A stretch of DNA of 63,508 nucleotides, filler included. It is 3 parts of 3 records of this genome, joined end to end, with 100 filler letters (N's around TTAATTAATTAA, not from the genome) between each part and the next. Parts side by side here need not be neighbours in the genome. Positions count along the whole stretch, not along the records: positions 42,786 to 63,508 come from SRR31156797_2486; 2 more parts are not named here. One strand, given 5' to 3'. A model generated the notes under the pieces. The model was not told the origin of the DNA. It saw only the letters and a list, made by a program, of their open reading frames with translations, and did not search any database. The translations under genes and the position numbers were made by a program. Numbering within the stretch: position 1 is the stretch's first letter; each line of letters opens with the position of its first letter. Shown here in pieces: positions 42,809 to 52,578 of the stretch.

Positions 42809-43519
42809 CTATCTAACAACGCCGGGGGTTGAATTGGTTTTTGCCTCTCTGATCAGCATTAATCCGCATCCAAAAGATTTTGCCGGACCTATCCCCTTGT
42901 ACAACACTTTTCTCAGTTTTTCAGGGTTGCTTACCGTCAGGCGACCTGAATAGTTTAGAACTGAAAGGCGAATTAAATTGCCATTGTCCCGTTTTTGAAA
43001 GGTGTGTTGTTTATAGCCTCCCACCCAGACATCGGAGTCATCCAATACAAATCCGTTTTTGGCCGATCTGGCCGCCAGCCAAGCCAATCCTTCCCTTCGT
43101 ATTATTTCCGTTTTTGGCGGCGGCGGCGCCCCGGATTCATTTTCGTTTTTGTATTTCCATTTCGCGTCCATAACTACGTCATGCCTGCGAAATCGCCCCT
43201 GGCTGTCCTTTTTATTTCGAACCGGATTGGCGGTCAGAACAAAATCCAACACCTGCCCTTCCCTAAGCACAGGATTGTATTCCATGCTGTGAATATCCCA
43301 TAATCCGTTATAATTATTAGGTTTAGCCTCTGAGACAGTAATCAGGACGGGGCCGTCGACCCTGCTTTCAAACCTATAAATAAAGTCTCTTTCATGATCG
43401 AGGTCTTCATAAAAAAAAGACCAGATCATTTTGTGAACCTTGTAGGCGTCGGTCGCCGAGCTGCCGGAGTCTGGAGTTCTACCTGCAATTTTGGCTGGTG
43501 TAATTTTACTTATAAACAT
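42809..43519 (-). CDS. cas6e: Type I-E-like crRNA processing endoribonuclease Cas6e/Cse3
   Basis: Y..H..IW (catalytic His), R.FIYR, F.L.ANP, WL, G.L.V..P, C-terminal G-loop GIGPAKSFGCGL. Confidence 0.9.
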   Translation of the reverse strand: MFISKITPAKIAGRTPDSGSSATDAYKVHKMIWSFFYEDLDHERDFIYRFESRVDGPVLITVSEAKPNNYNGLWDIHSMEYNPVLREGQVLDFVLTANPVRNKKDSQGRFRRHDVVMDAKWKYKNENESGAPPPPKTEIIRREGLAWLAARSAKNGFVLDDSDVWVGGYKQHTFQKRDNGNLIRLSVLNYSGRLTVSNPEKLRKVLYKGIGPAKSFGCGLMLIREAKTNSTPGVVR

Positions 43520-44098
43520 GAGCCTAATCCAATCGGAATTACTGGTTATACAAATTAGAGCAAGCGATGTATTAGGTTAAGCTGCATATATTATGCAGAT
43601 TAAAAAACGGCTCAATTCTGGGTTAAGGGCCTTTAAGCTCTATCCATCCAGGGTTATATTTTAAACGCCCAAATGTTTATTGGCAGTTGGGAAGGTAATA
43701 AAATGGAAAAAACGCCCCCAAACCAGCCTGATAATTCTGGAGTCCTGGCAGTCGGAATTTCGCTGCTCAAGATTCATCCCGGATCTATAAGAATCCCCCT
43801 TTAAACTGGCGGCATTATATAGAATGGATATTAGCGTGTCAATAGTTGTTGTCATGGTTGTCGATAGCACATGATATGGCCGATTTAGAGAAGCTTAACG
43901 GGTGACGGAGGTAAAAACTGAAAAAAAGACGGAGATATGGAACGGCATGTAGTATATTCATTTTTCCGACCGCATCCGTGTCTAACGGCCATTTTGGAAC
44001 AATGGGACAAATCGTTCCAGGCGAAGGCGGCAATGCTGATAGTTTGGTGCATCGCACCCGATTAATAAGGTTGACGGCGCCTTAATACAGGAGGTTGC

Positions 44099-45064
44099 AT
44101 GACTAGTTTGACCATATTGGATCACAGGCAGTTCAGAACTGACGCTCCCGACTTGGAAATGGAAAAAATAAACAGAGATATTGAAAAAACGCTTTCCGAA
44201 CTGCCGCCCATGCACACGATTGAACCCCAGGTGATACGCGACGCAAGAGAGCAGGGCCTGGGGATCTGGGGGCCGTTTAAAATCCTGGACGAAGTCGAGG
44301 AACGGGTTATAAAAGGCGCCGGCCGGGAAGTCACGGTCAGAATTTATACACCTGATGAAGTAAAAGGGGTTTACCTGCACATTCACGGCGGCGGTTTCAT
44401 GCTTGGCCGGGCCCATCATTATGATGAAAAAGTCGCCATGCTGGCGGACGCATGCGGGATGGCCGCGGTGAGCGTGGATTACAGGCTGGCGCCTGAAAAT
44501 CCTCATCCGGCAGGGCCGGACGACTGTGAAGCAGCCGCTGTCTGGTTGATAGAAAACATGGTCTCCGAATTCGGAACAGATAAACTTATTATAGGAGGAG
44601 AATCGGCAGGGGCGAATCTTTCAGCGGTTACGCTTTTAAGAATGCGCGACAAATACGATTTCAAAGGATTTTACGGCGCCAACCTGATCTATGGGGTTTT
44701 CGATCTTACATTGACGCCCAGTTGCCGTAACTGGGGCGAGCGGCCGCTGGTGTTGACCACTCCTCTAATGAAGTTCTTCAATAATAGTTACGCTTCTGAA
44801 GAAAAGTTCACCGACCCGGATGTTTCCCCTCTTTATGCAGACCTGTCGGATTTAAGTCCGGCGCTTTTTACCGTGGGAACCCTCGACCCCTTGCTGGACG
44901 ACTCGTTATTCATGCATTCCCGCTGGGCCGCAGCCGGAAACAGGGCCGAGCTCGCGGTTTTTCCCGATGCCATCCATGGCTTTAATGCTTTTCCCAGCAG
45001 GACAGCCCAAAAAGCCAATGACGGCATTGCCGATTTTATAAAACGGGCAATTAACGGGTTTTAG
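44099..45064 (+). CDS. Alpha/beta hydrolase, HSL (family IV) esterase
   Basis: HIHGGG, VDYRLAPE, GESAG, DPL.DD, HGF. Confidence 0.92.
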   Translation: MTSLTILDHRQFRTDAPDLEMEKINRDIEKTLSELPPMHTIEPQVIRDAREQGLGIWGPFKILDEVEERVIKGAGREVTVRIYTPDEVKGVYLHIHGGGFMLGRAHHYDEKVAMLADACGMAAVSVDYRLAPENPHPAGPDDCEAAAVWLIENMVSEFGTDKLIIGGESAGANLSAVTLLRMRDKYDFKGFYGANLIYGVFDLTLTPSCRNWGERPLVLTTPLMKFFNNSYASEEKFTDPDVSPLYADLSDLSPALFTVGTLDPLLDDSLFMHSRWAAAGNRAELAVFPDAIHGFNAFPSRTAQKANDGIADFIKRAINGF

Positions 45065-45085
45065 AACCAATTATAGAGGATTAAT

Positions 45086-45127
45086 CGAAAACCGGTTTCC
45101 AAACATAGGGCTGGAAACCGGTTTTCG
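45086..45127. terminator. Perfect 16-bp hairpin between convergent esterase and ridA (probable bidirectional terminator)
   Basis: CGAAAACCGGTTTCCA-N10-TGGAAACCGGTTTTCG. Confidence 0.7.
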
Positions 45128-45187
45128 CTTTCAATCAATCATCCCATTGGCCGGGTTGAGCTGCGCTAATCCGGCCTAATAATCAAT

Positions 45188-45568
45188 TTATAAAATTGCT
45201 ACAGCTTCAACTTCCACATTTGCCCCCTTGGGCAAGGCGCTGACTTCCACACAGGCGCGGGCCGGAGGTTCCGCCTGAAAATATTTCGCATATATTTCGT
45301 TAACCAGGGGGAAGTCGCTCATGCTGGTAATGAAGACAGTTGTTTTGACGACATCATTCAGAGACGCTCCTCCCGCGGCGAGCACGGCTATCAGGTTTTC
45401 CACGGCCTGTTTTGTCTGGGCCTGTATGTCTCCCTCAACGAGTTCTCCGGTTCCCGGTACAAGCGGAATCTGCCCGGATACAAAAAGCATATTTCCTTTT
45501 TTCACGGCCTGGGAATAGGGGCCGACAGCAGCAGGGGCTTCATTTGTGTTAACTATTACTCTTTCCAT
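45188..45568 (-). CDS. ridA: RidA-family enamine/imine deaminase (likely start 45568)
   Basis: APAAVGPYSQAV, VSGQIP, VVKTTVF, PARACVEV..LP, VEVEA; GGAGG RBS. Confidence 0.92.
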   Translation of the reverse strand: MERVIVNTNEAPAAVGPYSQAVKKGNMLFVSGQIPLVPGTGELVEGDIQAQTKQAVENLIAVLAAGGASLNDVVKTTVFITSMSDFPLVNEIYAKYFQAEPPARACVEVSALPKGANVEVEAVAIL

Positions 45569-45623
45569 TTCATTGACCTCCATTTTTCAGTCGGCATATT
45601 TTATTGTTGTTCAACATTGCATT

Positions 45624-45661
45624 AACCAAAAAGAAGAACACGGTTGTTCTTCTTTTTGGTT
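45624..45661. terminator. 17-bp hairpin between the lyase gene and ridA
   Basis: AACCAAAAAGAAGAACA-CGGT-TGTTCTTCTTTTTGGTT. Confidence 0.6.
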
Positions 45662-45730
45662 TGATTAATGACTATTCTCTTTTCATACTACTTTTGCAAC
45701 GTTTAGCAAATTAAATATTACAATGTTTAA

Positions 45731-46729
45731 TTAGCGGAATGTATCCATGTAGGCAAAAAGCGCCGGAGACCCTCCGGTATGCAAAAACAGGATATTTTGT
45801 CCTTTTTTGAAAAAATCCTTCCGGACCAGGTCGATAAGCCCGGCCATGGCTTTACCCGAATAAACCGGATCGAGCAAAATGCCTTCGCTTTGGGCTGTGA
45901 TTTTGACGGCTTCAACCATGGCGTCCGTCGGGAGCGAGTACCCCGGTCCGACATAGTCGCCGAAGCAAACAACGGCTTCATCGGAAATAGGAGTTTTTAC
46001 TCCCACATGCTCGGCGGTCGCCGCCACGAGTTCGCGAACAATCTTTTCCTGATCCTCTTTTGTTCTGCTTACATTAATTCCGTAAACTGGAAGGTTCGCG
46101 TTTGTTCCGCAGATCCCGACCAGCATGCCGGCATGCGTACCTGCACTGCCGCTGGGTACAACCACGGCGTCAATATCGAGGCCGGCGTCATAGAACTGCC
46201 CGATCAACTCCTGAGCGCAAACGGCATAACCCGTTGCTCCAACGGCATTTGAAGCCCCGCCCGGAACAATATAAGGCTTGCGGCCTTCGGCTTTGAGTTT
46301 ATCGGCCAGTTCCTCCATGGCGGCGAGCATATTGGATCCGCCGGGTTTGACAGAAATGGTTTTGGCCCCCATAAGCTGGTACAGGAAGTTATTTCCGGAT
46401 GCCTCCGGGGAGTAGCTCCCCTTGACGCGTTCTTCCAGCACCAGGTGGCAGTCCAATCCTTCTTTAACCGACCAGGCCAGGGTCAACCGGCAATGGTTCG
46501 ATTGGACGGCGCCGCAGGTTATAATCGTGTCAGCTCCCAGGTTTAGGGCTTCGGCTATGGCAAAATCCAGTTTACGGGTCTTGTTGCCTCCAGCGGCGCC
46601 GGGAAGCATATCGTCTCTTTTTACAAAAAGGTTTACATCCTTGCCCAATATTTTTGAGAGACGAGCCATCGGCTCAACAGGCGTGGCCTGGGTTACATAC
46701 CCCCTTCGGGGCAAACGAAATAGATTCAT
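45731..46729 (-). CDS. D-cysteine desulfhydrase / cysteate sulfo-lyase (CuyA) family PLP enzyme
   Basis: KRDD, GGNKTRKL, QSNH, PGGASN, GSAGT, LDPVYSGKAMAG, FLHTGG. Confidence 0.88.
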   Translation of the reverse strand: MNLFRLPRRGYVTQATPVEPMARLSKILGKDVNLFVKRDDMLPGAAGGNKTRKLDFAIAEALNLGADTIITCGAVQSNHCRLTLAWSVKEGLDCHLVLEERVKGSYSPEASGNNFLYQLMGAKTISVKPGGSNMLAAMEELADKLKAEGRKPYIVPGGASNAVGATGYAVCAQELIGQFYDAGLDIDAVVVPSGSAGTHAGMLVGICGTNANLPVYGINVSRTKEDQEKIVRELVAATAEHVGVKTPISDEAVVCFGDYVGPGYSLPTDAMVEAVKITAQSEGILLDPVYSGKAMAGLIDLVRKDFFKKGQNILFLHTGGSPALFAYMDTFR

Positions 46730-46857
46730 ATTATCCTCTCAATCATTTGTTGATTAAGCGCCCAAAACGCAGTTCATTCATTTCGGGCTGTTGTATTTGA
46801 ACATTCATGCCGCGATGCGTCTATTTTTATTTACGCGCGGCGGCCGCAAAAAAAGAG

Positions 46858-48222
46858 TTAAAACGATTTCTCCTTTTTCCATACCTTGAATATCTTTAAC
46901 ATCACCAGCAGTACGGCGCTTGTGGCCGCCCAGACGCCCATTCCCTGGATAATGGTGAAGGAACCGGGGAGAATGCCAGCGATCATTATAATATGAGTAA
47001 TGGCGAATACCAATATCAGCTGGCATACGCCGGATTCCAGAGCAACCGTTGTTTTGAAAGCGGGATCGGCTATCCTCAATAGAACCAGGCCCGATGGAAT
47101 GGTTCCGGTGCCGCTGCCGAAAAGAACAAGCATTCTTTCCAGATCGAACTGCCCTATTCTCCTACCCAGGTACAAAGTATAGACCATGGTGAAAATTGTG
47201 CATACAACTATCACCGACGCAATAAGAACAATATACTTCATAACGATGCCGATGGAAATGGCCATCATGGTGGCGACCATCAGAAAATCCACAAAGACGC
47301 CTGTAAAATGCTTCATCTGGGCGTCATCGATAAGGTGGCCAAAACCTGCGACGTTTATTAATTTCCGGACGATCATCGCGGTGAACAGACCCCAGACAAA
47401 AAAGAACCCATAAGTAAGCCCGGCCAGGGGAGTTCCGGCAAAGGCGAGTTGCAGAAGCCAACAAACTCCGTAATTAAGCATGTAAACCAGGGCGATCAGG
47501 GCCAGGTGCAGGCTGAAGGAATCCAGGTTGGCCGAATGCACGGTTTCCCGTCCGATATAGTCGTTACTGGTTTTAAGCTTGATGCCGGTCATGAAGTCCT
47601 TTTCCAGGGCTTTGACCGGGAAGGCGGTATGACCGTTTTTAACTCCCCAATTGGCCAGAGGCACGCCGATGAAAAAGGCGATCAAAAAACCGATTGCGGA
47701 AAAAGTCAGGGCAATGGTCTGGGCGTCGGGGATGTTGAAATTGCTTTCCCAGGCGCCGCCGATGGCCAATGCCTGGCCCGGGCCCTGAACAAAGCCGTGA
47801 GCCACAAGCATGCCCAGGCCGTCGTAGTTTTCGGAACCGGTAATCCAGTTTACCAGGGCCGCTGTTCCGCCTCCGATTATACCCTGCAGGCATAGCAAGG
47901 CCCCGGTGGCAAGACCGAGCCATAAGGCCCCGCGTAAAACCGTTTTGCCGCCCGAAGACCCCTTGGAATTTTCTCCCCCGCCGGTGAGACCCAAGGCGAT
48001 GAAAGATGCATTGAAGAGGTGAAAGGAAAAAAGTTTAAACATTTCCGGTTTAAGGCCGAACCAACCGAAACTGACCACTACAAAACCCAACAGGCCTCCA
48101 ATCATGCTGGCCGGCACCAGGTATTTTCTAAAGAGAGTGATATAAGCGCGACAGAGAACTCCGATAAGGAGCATCGCTCCCATAACTCCAATAAGCAGCA
48201 GGGGATTAAAAGATTCTATCAT
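46858..48222 (-). CDS. GltS/ESS-family sodium:amino-acid symporter
   Basis: PASMIGG, GFVQGPGQA..IG..WE, FGSGTGT...GL.LLRI.DP. Confidence 0.8.
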   Translation of the reverse strand: MIESFNPLLLIGVMGAMLLIGVLCRAYITLFRKYLVPASMIGGLLGFVVVSFGWFGLKPEMFKLFSFHLFNASFIALGLTGGGENSKGSSGGKTVLRGALWLGLATGALLCLQGIIGGGTAALVNWITGSENYDGLGMLVAHGFVQGPGQALAIGGAWESNFNIPDAQTIALTFSAIGFLIAFFIGVPLANWGVKNGHTAFPVKALEKDFMTGIKLKTSNDYIGRETVHSANLDSFSLHLALIALVYMLNYGVCWLLQLAFAGTPLAGLTYGFFFVWGLFTAMIVRKLINVAGFGHLIDDAQMKHFTGVFVDFLMVATMMAISIGIVMKYIVLIASVIVVCTIFTMVYTLYLGRRIGQFDLERMLVLFGSGTGTIPSGLVLLRIADPAFKTTVALESGVCQLILVFAITHIIMIAGILPGSFTIIQGMGVWAATSAVLLVMLKIFKVWKKEKSF

Positions 48223-48267
48223 TAGCGTTTTCCTTCATGGTTTTAGTATTATCGATCAACAGCAGTA

Positions 48268-49860
48268 TCAGTTCCGTCGCAGGACTATTCCGGCGTGGTC
48301 CGAGGTTCTCTTTCCCTGGCTGAACGCGCAAACGCCGTTAACGATGACGTGTTCAAAACCGTCGGGATAAACATTGGGATTGGCAATGGTTGAATTGTCG
48401 GTCACTTTTTCCAGATTAAATATAGTCACGTCCGCGGCGGCGCCCGGAATCAGTCGCCCGCGATCTTTCAAACCAAGCCTGGAAGCGGGAAGGCTTGTGA
48501 TTCGCCTCAATCCTTCTTCCAGGGTCAGAGCTTTTTCATCCCGCAGGTAGTAGGCGATGAACCTGGCCGTCCAGTTAAATGCGAGGAATCCGCCGGCTTT
48601 GAGACCGGCCAGCAAGCCTTCGTTAGCCGCGGCCATGGAATCGGAAATAATAGCGCATTTTGAATCGGCCAGGGCCAGCCGATTGTCATATTCGGAAAAG
48701 GCTTCGCTGGTGACAAACACTCCGCCAAAGCCTTCCCCTTCTTCGATCAAAATGTCAAAGATCGCATCCCATCCGGTTGTTTTCCTGTCTTTGGCTATTT
48801 CTTCAATGGACCGTCCCAGGTCGGCGGTATTAACCGCGCTGCTGAGGAGCCTGATCTTGTCCCATTTTTCTTCAACCGCCAAACGCCAGACCGGCATGGG
48901 ATTGACCTTTAATTTTTCTCTGCCTTTCCTGGTTTTCATCAGTTCAAGAAGTTCATCCGGAGGAAGGCTGAAAGCCCACGACGGAAGCAAGGCGGTCAGG
49001 GCCGTATGATTCCAGTTTGTGGGCATCAGGTCCATGGCCGCGTCTACGCCCTCTTCCCTGGCCCATTCGATCATCTGCAATGTGTTGCGCATGGCTCGGG
49101 CGGGTCGGCCGTACTTGGGATTGATATGGGAAATCTGGAGGCGGACCCCGGTTTCCCTGGCCACGTCCAGGGCTTCGCCGAAGCCTACGTAATATCGGAT
49201 ATCCCGGTTCCGTGCGTGTGTTGCGTACAGGCCGTCTACATCGGCCGTCGCCCGGCAGAACGCGGCCAGTTCATCATACTTGGCTTCCTTGCCCGGATGG
49301 TATTCCAGTCCGGTCGTAAATCCGAAGCCGCCCTCTTTCAGGGATTGCTCCAAAAGTTTGACCATGGCCGCTACTTCATCATCCGAGGCCGGCCTGGGCG
49401 CTTCAAGACCCATGACAATTTTGCGCAAGGCCCCGTGCCCGACCATGCCCACTACATTTGTGGCAATGGCTGATTTATCCATGGCCTCCAAATATTCGGC
49501 GTATGATTTCCAGGTTCCGAGATCGGGAATTCCCAATGAGGAGAAAAAAGCCGTTCTTGTCTCATCAGTGCACGGCGCCATGCTTACCCCGCACTGCCCG
49601 ATAACTTCCGTAGTCACGCCCTGCCTTATCTGGCTTTCAGCCCTTGGGTCGACCATTAAGGTCATGTCTGAATGAGTATGGATATCAATAAACCCGGGCG
49701 CCACGATCAGGCCGGTTGCGTCTATGGTCTGTCCGGCTTCCACATCGCCCAAAGCGCCCACCGCCTCCACGCGGCCGCTGTTGATGCTGACGTCTCCGTA
49801 AAAACCGGGTTGGCCGGAACCGTCTACAATGAATCCGTTTTTTATTAAAATTTCAGCCAT
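48268..49860 (-). CDS. N-acyl-D-amino-acid deacylase (D-aminoacylase) family amidohydrolase
   Basis: IVDGSG, APGFIDIHTHSD, QGVTTEV.GQCG, GHGALR, ITSLPA.RLGL.DRG. Confidence 0.88.
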   Translation of the reverse strand: MAEILIKNGFIVDGSGQPGFYGDVSINSGRVEAVGALGDVEAGQTIDATGLIVAPGFIDIHTHSDMTLMVDPRAESQIRQGVTTEVIGQCGVSMAPCTDETRTAFFSSLGIPDLGTWKSYAEYLEAMDKSAIATNVVGMVGHGALRKIVMGLEAPRPASDDEVAAMVKLLEQSLKEGGFGFTTGLEYHPGKEAKYDELAAFCRATADVDGLYATHARNRDIRYYVGFGEALDVARETGVRLQISHINPKYGRPARAMRNTLQMIEWAREEGVDAAMDLMPTNWNHTALTALLPSWAFSLPPDELLELMKTRKGREKLKVNPMPVWRLAVEEKWDKIRLLSSAVNTADLGRSIEEIAKDRKTTGWDAIFDILIEEGEGFGGVFVTSEAFSEYDNRLALADSKCAIISDSMAAANEGLLAGLKAGGFLAFNWTARFIAYYLRDEKALTLEEGLRRITSLPASRLGLKDRGRLIPGAAADVTIFNLEKVTDNSTIANPNVYPDGFEHVIVNGVCAFSQGKRTSDHAGIVLRRN

Positions 49861-49919
49861 TATTACTACCTTCCTTTTTGAGCAAATAAGTCAGATTATT
49901 TATGGTTTCCTTTTTTCAA

Positions 49920-51140
49920 TTATGGATTGTTAACGGTTGCTTCCAGTGACTCCCTGATTACAGCGGCCACGACCCGGCAGTCATCCAGGGAAAAGGTCAG
50001 AGGTATGCGAAAGTCGCATAACGTGGACAGAATTTTTCCTGCTTTGACCAAATCGTGTTTCAGCGACAGGAATTTCCAATTTTCAAAAGTGGCCGTGAAT
50101 CCTTTCGGTTCGCTCCGGCCGAACCACTTTACTTCAACGCCTCGTAACGAACACTCTTCAACGAATTTTTCCGCCTTGTTCGTAGAAAAATCAGGCAGGC
50201 TGAACTGAAAGGAACTGGCCGCGTACTTTTCTTTTTCCGGCCGCTTGGGAATAAAAATATGTTCAGTGTTTTTCAGTTCACTTTCCAGTATCCTGTATCG
50301 TTCATTCCAACGCTCGCAGTTCCCGGCCAGGTTTTTAAGCTGCGGGCGCAGGAGAGCCGCCTGCAGGTTGGACATTCTGAGCGAATAATTCGGGATCAAT
50401 TTTTTGTATTTTTCAAAAACTTCCAGAGGAGGGCGGGCCAGGTGGGTTTCGTACAGCATGTACGACCCGGAATACAAAACGGCTTTGGCGGCGATGTCTT
50501 CGTCATCCGTGATTAAAAGTCCGCCTTCGCCGCTGTTCATGTGTTTATAAGTCTGTGTGCTGAAACAGCCGATATCGAAAAAAGTCCCGGAATATTTGTC
50601 GCCCCACTTGGCGCCCATTGTGTGAGCGCAGTCTTCCACGACCTTTAATTTATATTTATGGCAAACTTCCACCACTCTATCCATATCGGAAATGTGCCCC
50701 CGCATGTGTGAAAGCATTAAAACTTGAGCTTCGCCCGAGGCCGCCTTCTTTTCCAGGTCTTCCAAATCCAGGGTGTAGTCTTCATTGATGTCGACCATGA
50801 GTGTGTGGGCGCCCGCGTTTTCCACGGCGCTGGGCACGGGCGCCAGCGTGAAAGCGTTGCACAGGACCTTGTCCCCGGGCTTGACTCCCAGGCATTTGAG
50901 GGCGATATAAAGAGCGGACCCGCAGGAGCTGAAAGCAGCGCAATATCGCTTGCCGAAATATTCAGCTATTTCCTTTTCAAATATGGATGTTTCGGAAGTT
51001 TCTCCAGCAGCAATGTTATACCGGTGAAGGCGGCCGCTTTTCATCAACTCCACGGCCCGTTCAATTCCCTCATCGGGTATGGGCTCCTGCAGGGTGAATT
51101 CCTTGGAGAAGACGGTATGTTTATTTTCATCAACAGGCAT
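49920..51140 (-). CDS. DegT/DnrJ/EryC1/StrS-fold PLP enzyme (likely start 51140)
   Basis: VEDCAH, FSTQTYKHMNSGEGG (PLP Lys); N-terminal FTLQEPIP...GRLHRYN. Confidence 0.85.
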   Translation of the reverse strand: MPVDENKHTVFSKEFTLQEPIPDEGIERAVELMKSGRLHRYNIAAGETSETSIFEKEIAEYFGKRYCAAFSSCGSALYIALKCLGVKPGDKVLCNAFTLAPVPSAVENAGAHTLMVDINEDYTLDLEDLEKKAASGEAQVLMLSHMRGHISDMDRVVEVCHKYKLKVVEDCAHTMGAKWGDKYSGTFFDIGCFSTQTYKHMNSGEGGLLITDDEDIAAKAVLYSGSYMLYETHLARPPLEVFEKYKKLIPNYSLRMSNLQAALLRPQLKNLAGNCERWNERYRILESELKNTEHIFIPKRPEKEKYAASSFQFSLPDFSTNKAEKFVEECSLRGVEVKWFGRSEPKGFTATFENWKFLSLKHDLVKAGKILSTLCDFRIPLTFSLDDCRVVAAVIRESLEATVNNP

Positions 51141-51173
51141 GATTTTTCCTCTAATTTCCAACCAAGTTGATTA

Positions 51174-52490
51174 TTATTCCTTGAAATAATCGTCGTTGGA
51201 AAAAACCGTGAAATCGAATTCCTGCTCCGGAAAATACTTTCGAAGCCTTACATCTGCTGCCCGGGCATGACCTTCCATGCCTTCCAGCCTGGAAATGCGG
51301 GATGCCACGGCCCCGATTTGCAGGTTTGCTTCCCTGGATATTTTCTGGTAGGTGACGGTCTTGATAAATTTATGTACACTGAGCCCCCCGGAGTAGCGGG
51401 CCGCTTTTTTTGTCGGCAGGATATGGTTTGTGCCTGACGTTTTGTCGCCATAGGTCACGGTGGCGCCTTCCCCCAGGAACAGGGACCCATAGTTGGTAAG
51501 ATTTTCCAGCCAGTAGTCCAGGTCTTCGGCTTGAACCTGGAGATGCTCGGGTGCGTATTCGTCGCTTACTTCAACCATCTCTTCCCTGTTGGAACATAAA
51601 ACCACTTCGCCGAAGTCCCTCCATGAAGCCAGGGCGACATCGGAATCGGGCAGGGTTTTTATAATTTGAGGTAGCAAGTCCATGACCTTTTCCCCGAGTT
51701 CCCTGGAATCGGTCACCAGCCATACCGGCGAATCAAAACCGTGCTCGGCCTGGCTCATCATATCCACAGCCACTACCAGGGGATCGGCCGAGCCATCGGC
51801 AATGACCAGGGATTCGGAAGGCCCGGCAAACACATCGATGCCTATTTGTCCAAAAAGGATTCTTTTGGCCTCGGCCACAAAGCGGTTGCCGGGACCAACG
51901 ATTATATCGGCCGGATTGCCCGTAAAAAGGCCAAAGGCAAGCGACGCGACAGCCTGAACTCCGCCCATGGTCATTATCACGTCCGGATTGCAGATAGACA
52001 TGGCCGCGACAACCACGGGATCGATTCCCCGGCCCGCGTGAGAAGGCGAAACCGCGGTTACATAAGGCACTTCTGCCGCCCGGGCAGTGGCGATGCTCAT
52101 TATGGCCGAGGCGGCATGGGAATATCGACCGCCCGGTGCATAACATCCGGCGCAGTTGCACGGGATGAGCTTTTGTCCCAAAAGCACGCCGGGATATAAT
52201 TCCGTCTCAAAAGCCTGCATGCTGTCACGCTGACGCACGGCAAAGCCGTAAACCTGATCATAGGCGAATTTAAGATCTTCCATTACCCGCGGAGACACAC
52301 TATCCGTCTTCTCTTTTATTTCAGCCTGGCTCATAACAAAGTCGCCGGCCCAGTCGTCGAATTTTAAAGCATATTTCCTGACCGCATCTTCGCCGTTTTT
52401 TTCTATGTCGATCAGAATATCCTCGACTATCCGCCTTGTTTCGCCTTCGTCCGTGGCAGGCGTCTTAATTGCTTTTTTTAAATATTCCAA
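51174..52490 (-). CDS. HisD-family NAD+ dehydrogenase of the HpsN (sulfopropanediol 3-dehydrogenase) type
   Basis: EYLKKA N-terminus, CYAPGGRYSH, SQAEHG, APEHL, YGDKTSGTNH (GDK instead of HisD GDY), EGMEGHARAADVRL.KYFP. Confidence 0.8.
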   Translation of the reverse strand: MEYLKKAIKTPATDEGETRRIVEDILIDIEKNGEDAVRKYALKFDDWAGDFVMSQAEIKEKTDSVSPRVMEDLKFAYDQVYGFAVRQRDSMQAFETELYPGVLLGQKLIPCNCAGCYAPGGRYSHAASAIMSIATARAAEVPYVTAVSPSHAGRGIDPVVVAAMSICNPDVIMTMGGVQAVASLAFGLFTGNPADIIVGPGNRFVAEAKRILFGQIGIDVFAGPSESLVIADGSADPLVVAVDMMSQAEHGFDSPVWLVTDSRELGEKVMDLLPQIIKTLPDSDVALASWRDFGEVVLCSNREEMVEVSDEYAPEHLQVQAEDLDYWLENLTNYGSLFLGEGATVTYGDKTSGTNHILPTKKAARYSGGLSVHKFIKTVTYQKISREANLQIGAVASRISRLEGMEGHARAADVRLRKYFPEQEFDFTVFSNDDYFKE

Positions 52491-52578
52491 TTTATTACCC
52501 CTAACTTAATAAAATCATTTATTAAAGGCGCGGGCCGAAAAACGACATGCAATCGATTTACGACCAGCCCCCTTTAAA

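Noticed and set aside
43661-44057. Short ORFs upstream of cas6e as cas5/cse2 fragments
   Set aside because: No Cas motifs recognised in their translations.
43520-44098. CRISPR array or leader next to cas6e
   Set aside because: No regularly spaced direct repeats or I-E-type repeat seen; only short isolated dyads such as TGGAAC...GTTCCA near 43995-44019.
51174-52490. Histidine biosynthesis hisD
   Set aside because: HpsN-type motifs (GDK, PGGRYSH) and a catabolic context with no other his genes.
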